The notes under the pieces are model-generated. The model saw nothing but the letters and a program-made list of their open reading frames with translations. It ran no database searches and was not told the origin of the DNA. A stretch of 49,323 nt of DNA from an uncultured Gammaproteobacteria bacterium (GTDB taxonomy: Bacteria; Patescibacteriota; Patescibacteriia; UBA11705; JABHMO01): assembly GCA_964434235.1 (NCBI GenBank), contig CAYSUN010000003.1, positions 1 to 49,323 of the forward strand, in the 5' to 3' direction. The translations under genes were made by a program, and so were the position numbers. Below are positions 48,083 to 49,323 of the stretch, in pieces. Position 1 is the stretch's first letter. Each line of letters opens with the position of its first letter.

Positions 48083-48183
48083 AAACCAACTCGTCATCCT
48101 GAACTTACTCTAAAAATTTTACTGAATATTTCTAAAACCAACTCGTCATTCTGAACTTGTTTCAGAATCTCCAAGTTGGTTTT
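48082..48183. repeat. 25-bp direct repeat at the dprA 3' end; the second copy is part of a palindromic element
   Basis: aaaaccaactcgtcat(c/t)ctgaactt at 48082 and 48134; attctgaacttgtttcagaat hairpin inside aaaaccaact/agttggtttt arms. Confidence 0.8.
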
Positions 48184-48188
48184 TCATT

Positions 48189-48231
48189 AAACAAAAAAGA
48201 GCTCTGACTAAGATCAGTAGCTCTTTTGTTT
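48189..48231. terminator. Bidirectional terminator-like hairpin
   Basis: aaaagagct-ctga...tcag-t-agctctttt between convergent genes. Confidence 0.65.
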
Positions 48232-48238
48232 GAAAAGA

Positions 48239-48726
48239 TTATCGCATATCACACAGAGCATCAGAACGCATGGTCCAACCGAGAAATTCACCTCCAACAG
48301 ATTCACACACACGTGGATTATGCTCACGTATTTCAAACGATGGCACAACGCAAATTTCAAAGGGCAAATCTCTTACTGAGTACGAAAGACCATGGATTGT
48401 TCGGCAAGAACTTGCCTGTGCTTCCTTGCTCAGCCAGTCATCAAGACTTGAACTGGGAACAGCGTTATTCTCGATTTCTAAAACATCATCTTTTACTTCA
48501 CTGTCCTTTTTGTCAGCAAGGCTTTGCACTGCTAATAAATTTGCAAACGCCTCTCACAAGCCATATACGCTTTGGCTCCATTGGCAAAGCTATCCAAAAA
48601 AGAATCTGCAGGTTCCATTTTTTCACAAATAGTTTTACTTTCTTTCCCACTAGCACGGCAGAAATAAAACCCACCGACAAACATCCCAACCGCAATAAAA
48701 ATTATTCCCCAAAAATAACCCTTCAT
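48239..48726 (-). pseudogene. Hypothetical membrane-anchored Cys-containing protein, probably frameshifted (or two small ORFs)
   Basis: AAGGAGG before ATG 48726 (MKGYFWGIIF...YMACE). The frame of ORF 48239..48529 opens at about 48553 (EAFANLLAVQSLAD), so one added base at GAGAGG would join them. Confidence 0.45.
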
Positions 48727-48784
48727 AAAATCCTCCTTGAATGTTTTTATACAATTTAAACCAATCAAGAAAAACAACAACAAA

Positions 48785-49183
48785 TCAATTCTTTTTCTTA
48801 TTTTTTTGAAGATTAATTTTAAAAACAACAGCAAAAAAATAAGTACAAATCAAAGATATTATTCCAGAAAACAGAATAATGAAAATAGACAAAATTAAAC
48901 CAATCAAACCATTGACGGAGATTTCACCAATGCAAGTGGACAAAAGACCAACAGGGATAGCCAAAAGAACATAATCAATAAATACAGAATAAACTTTGTG
49001 ACTAAACCAGACTGGCCAGAACAATCTAGCCAAACCCGTAATTACAAAACCCTCAATCACGCCAATAAACAAAAATCGAGAAAAACTTTCAGAACCAGGC
49101 CACATATAGCGACCGACCAAAAACATGATCACGGCAATTACACCAACACCAAAATAAATGGCCCAAGATTCTTTCATTTTCAT
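48785..49183 (-). CDS. Hypothetical multi-pass membrane protein
   Basis: GAGGT before ATG 49183; about four hydrophobic segments and a basic C-terminal tail. Confidence 0.7.
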   Translation of the reverse strand: MKMKESWAIYFGVGVIAVIMFLVGRYMWPGSESFSRFLFIGVIEGFVITGLARLFWPVWFSHKVYSVFIDYVLLAIPVGLLSTCIGEISVNGLIGLILSIFIILFSGIISLICTYFFAVVFKINLQKNKKKN

Positions 49184-49323
49184 AGTAAACCTCACTTACG
49201 ATAATAGTTATTATTAACGAACTGAATATCAAATAATAGCACGGAAAACTTATCCTGTCAACGACTACGTGTTTTAGGCACACACATTTTGCACTTTTTC
49301 TAACGCCTCATTTGGAGTTAGGC

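Noticed and set aside
48226-49283. Plus-strand ORFs 48226..48759, 48270..48632, 48998..49204 and minus-strand 48513..48695, 49089..49283
   Set aside because: They are antisense or off-frame to SD-led minus-strand genes and show no recognisable features.

Overview
AT-rich bacterial chromosomal window using the standard genetic code (TGA, TAA and TAG all end genes). Gene content and style suggest Patescibacteria/CPR (Parcubacteria-like); this is inference. Genes run on the minus strand from 1 to 41.5 kb, then in mixed orientation. Housekeeping genes include rsmA, a galE-like epimerase, a CapA-family protein, prfB, an HtrA protease, nrdD/nrdG, ftsZ/ftsA, dgkA, ybeY, yqeY, rpsU, hisS, lepB, an LCP protein, der, pth and dprA. 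Two loci encode giant Cys-rich surface proteins next to small membrane-anchored DxDxDG-repeat proteins: a >1814-aa ORF missing from the ORF track at the left edge, and a 4039-aa plus 725-aa pair with pilin-like N-termini. Main findings: (1) the giant pilin-headed surface-protein cluster inside the rpsU-yqeY...ybeY-dgkA locus; (2) NrdD split so that its glycyl-radical motif is a separate 48-aa gene missed by the ORF track; (3) a candidate ~125-nt structured RNA with its own promoter and an anti-Shine-Dalgarno loop; (4) nested palindromic and REP-like elements in intergenic regions; (5) a PilB-like gene with a degenerate Walker A motif and one in-frame stop. No rRNA, tRNA or CRISPR array was seen. 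All domain calls come from motif recognition by eye, not database searches.
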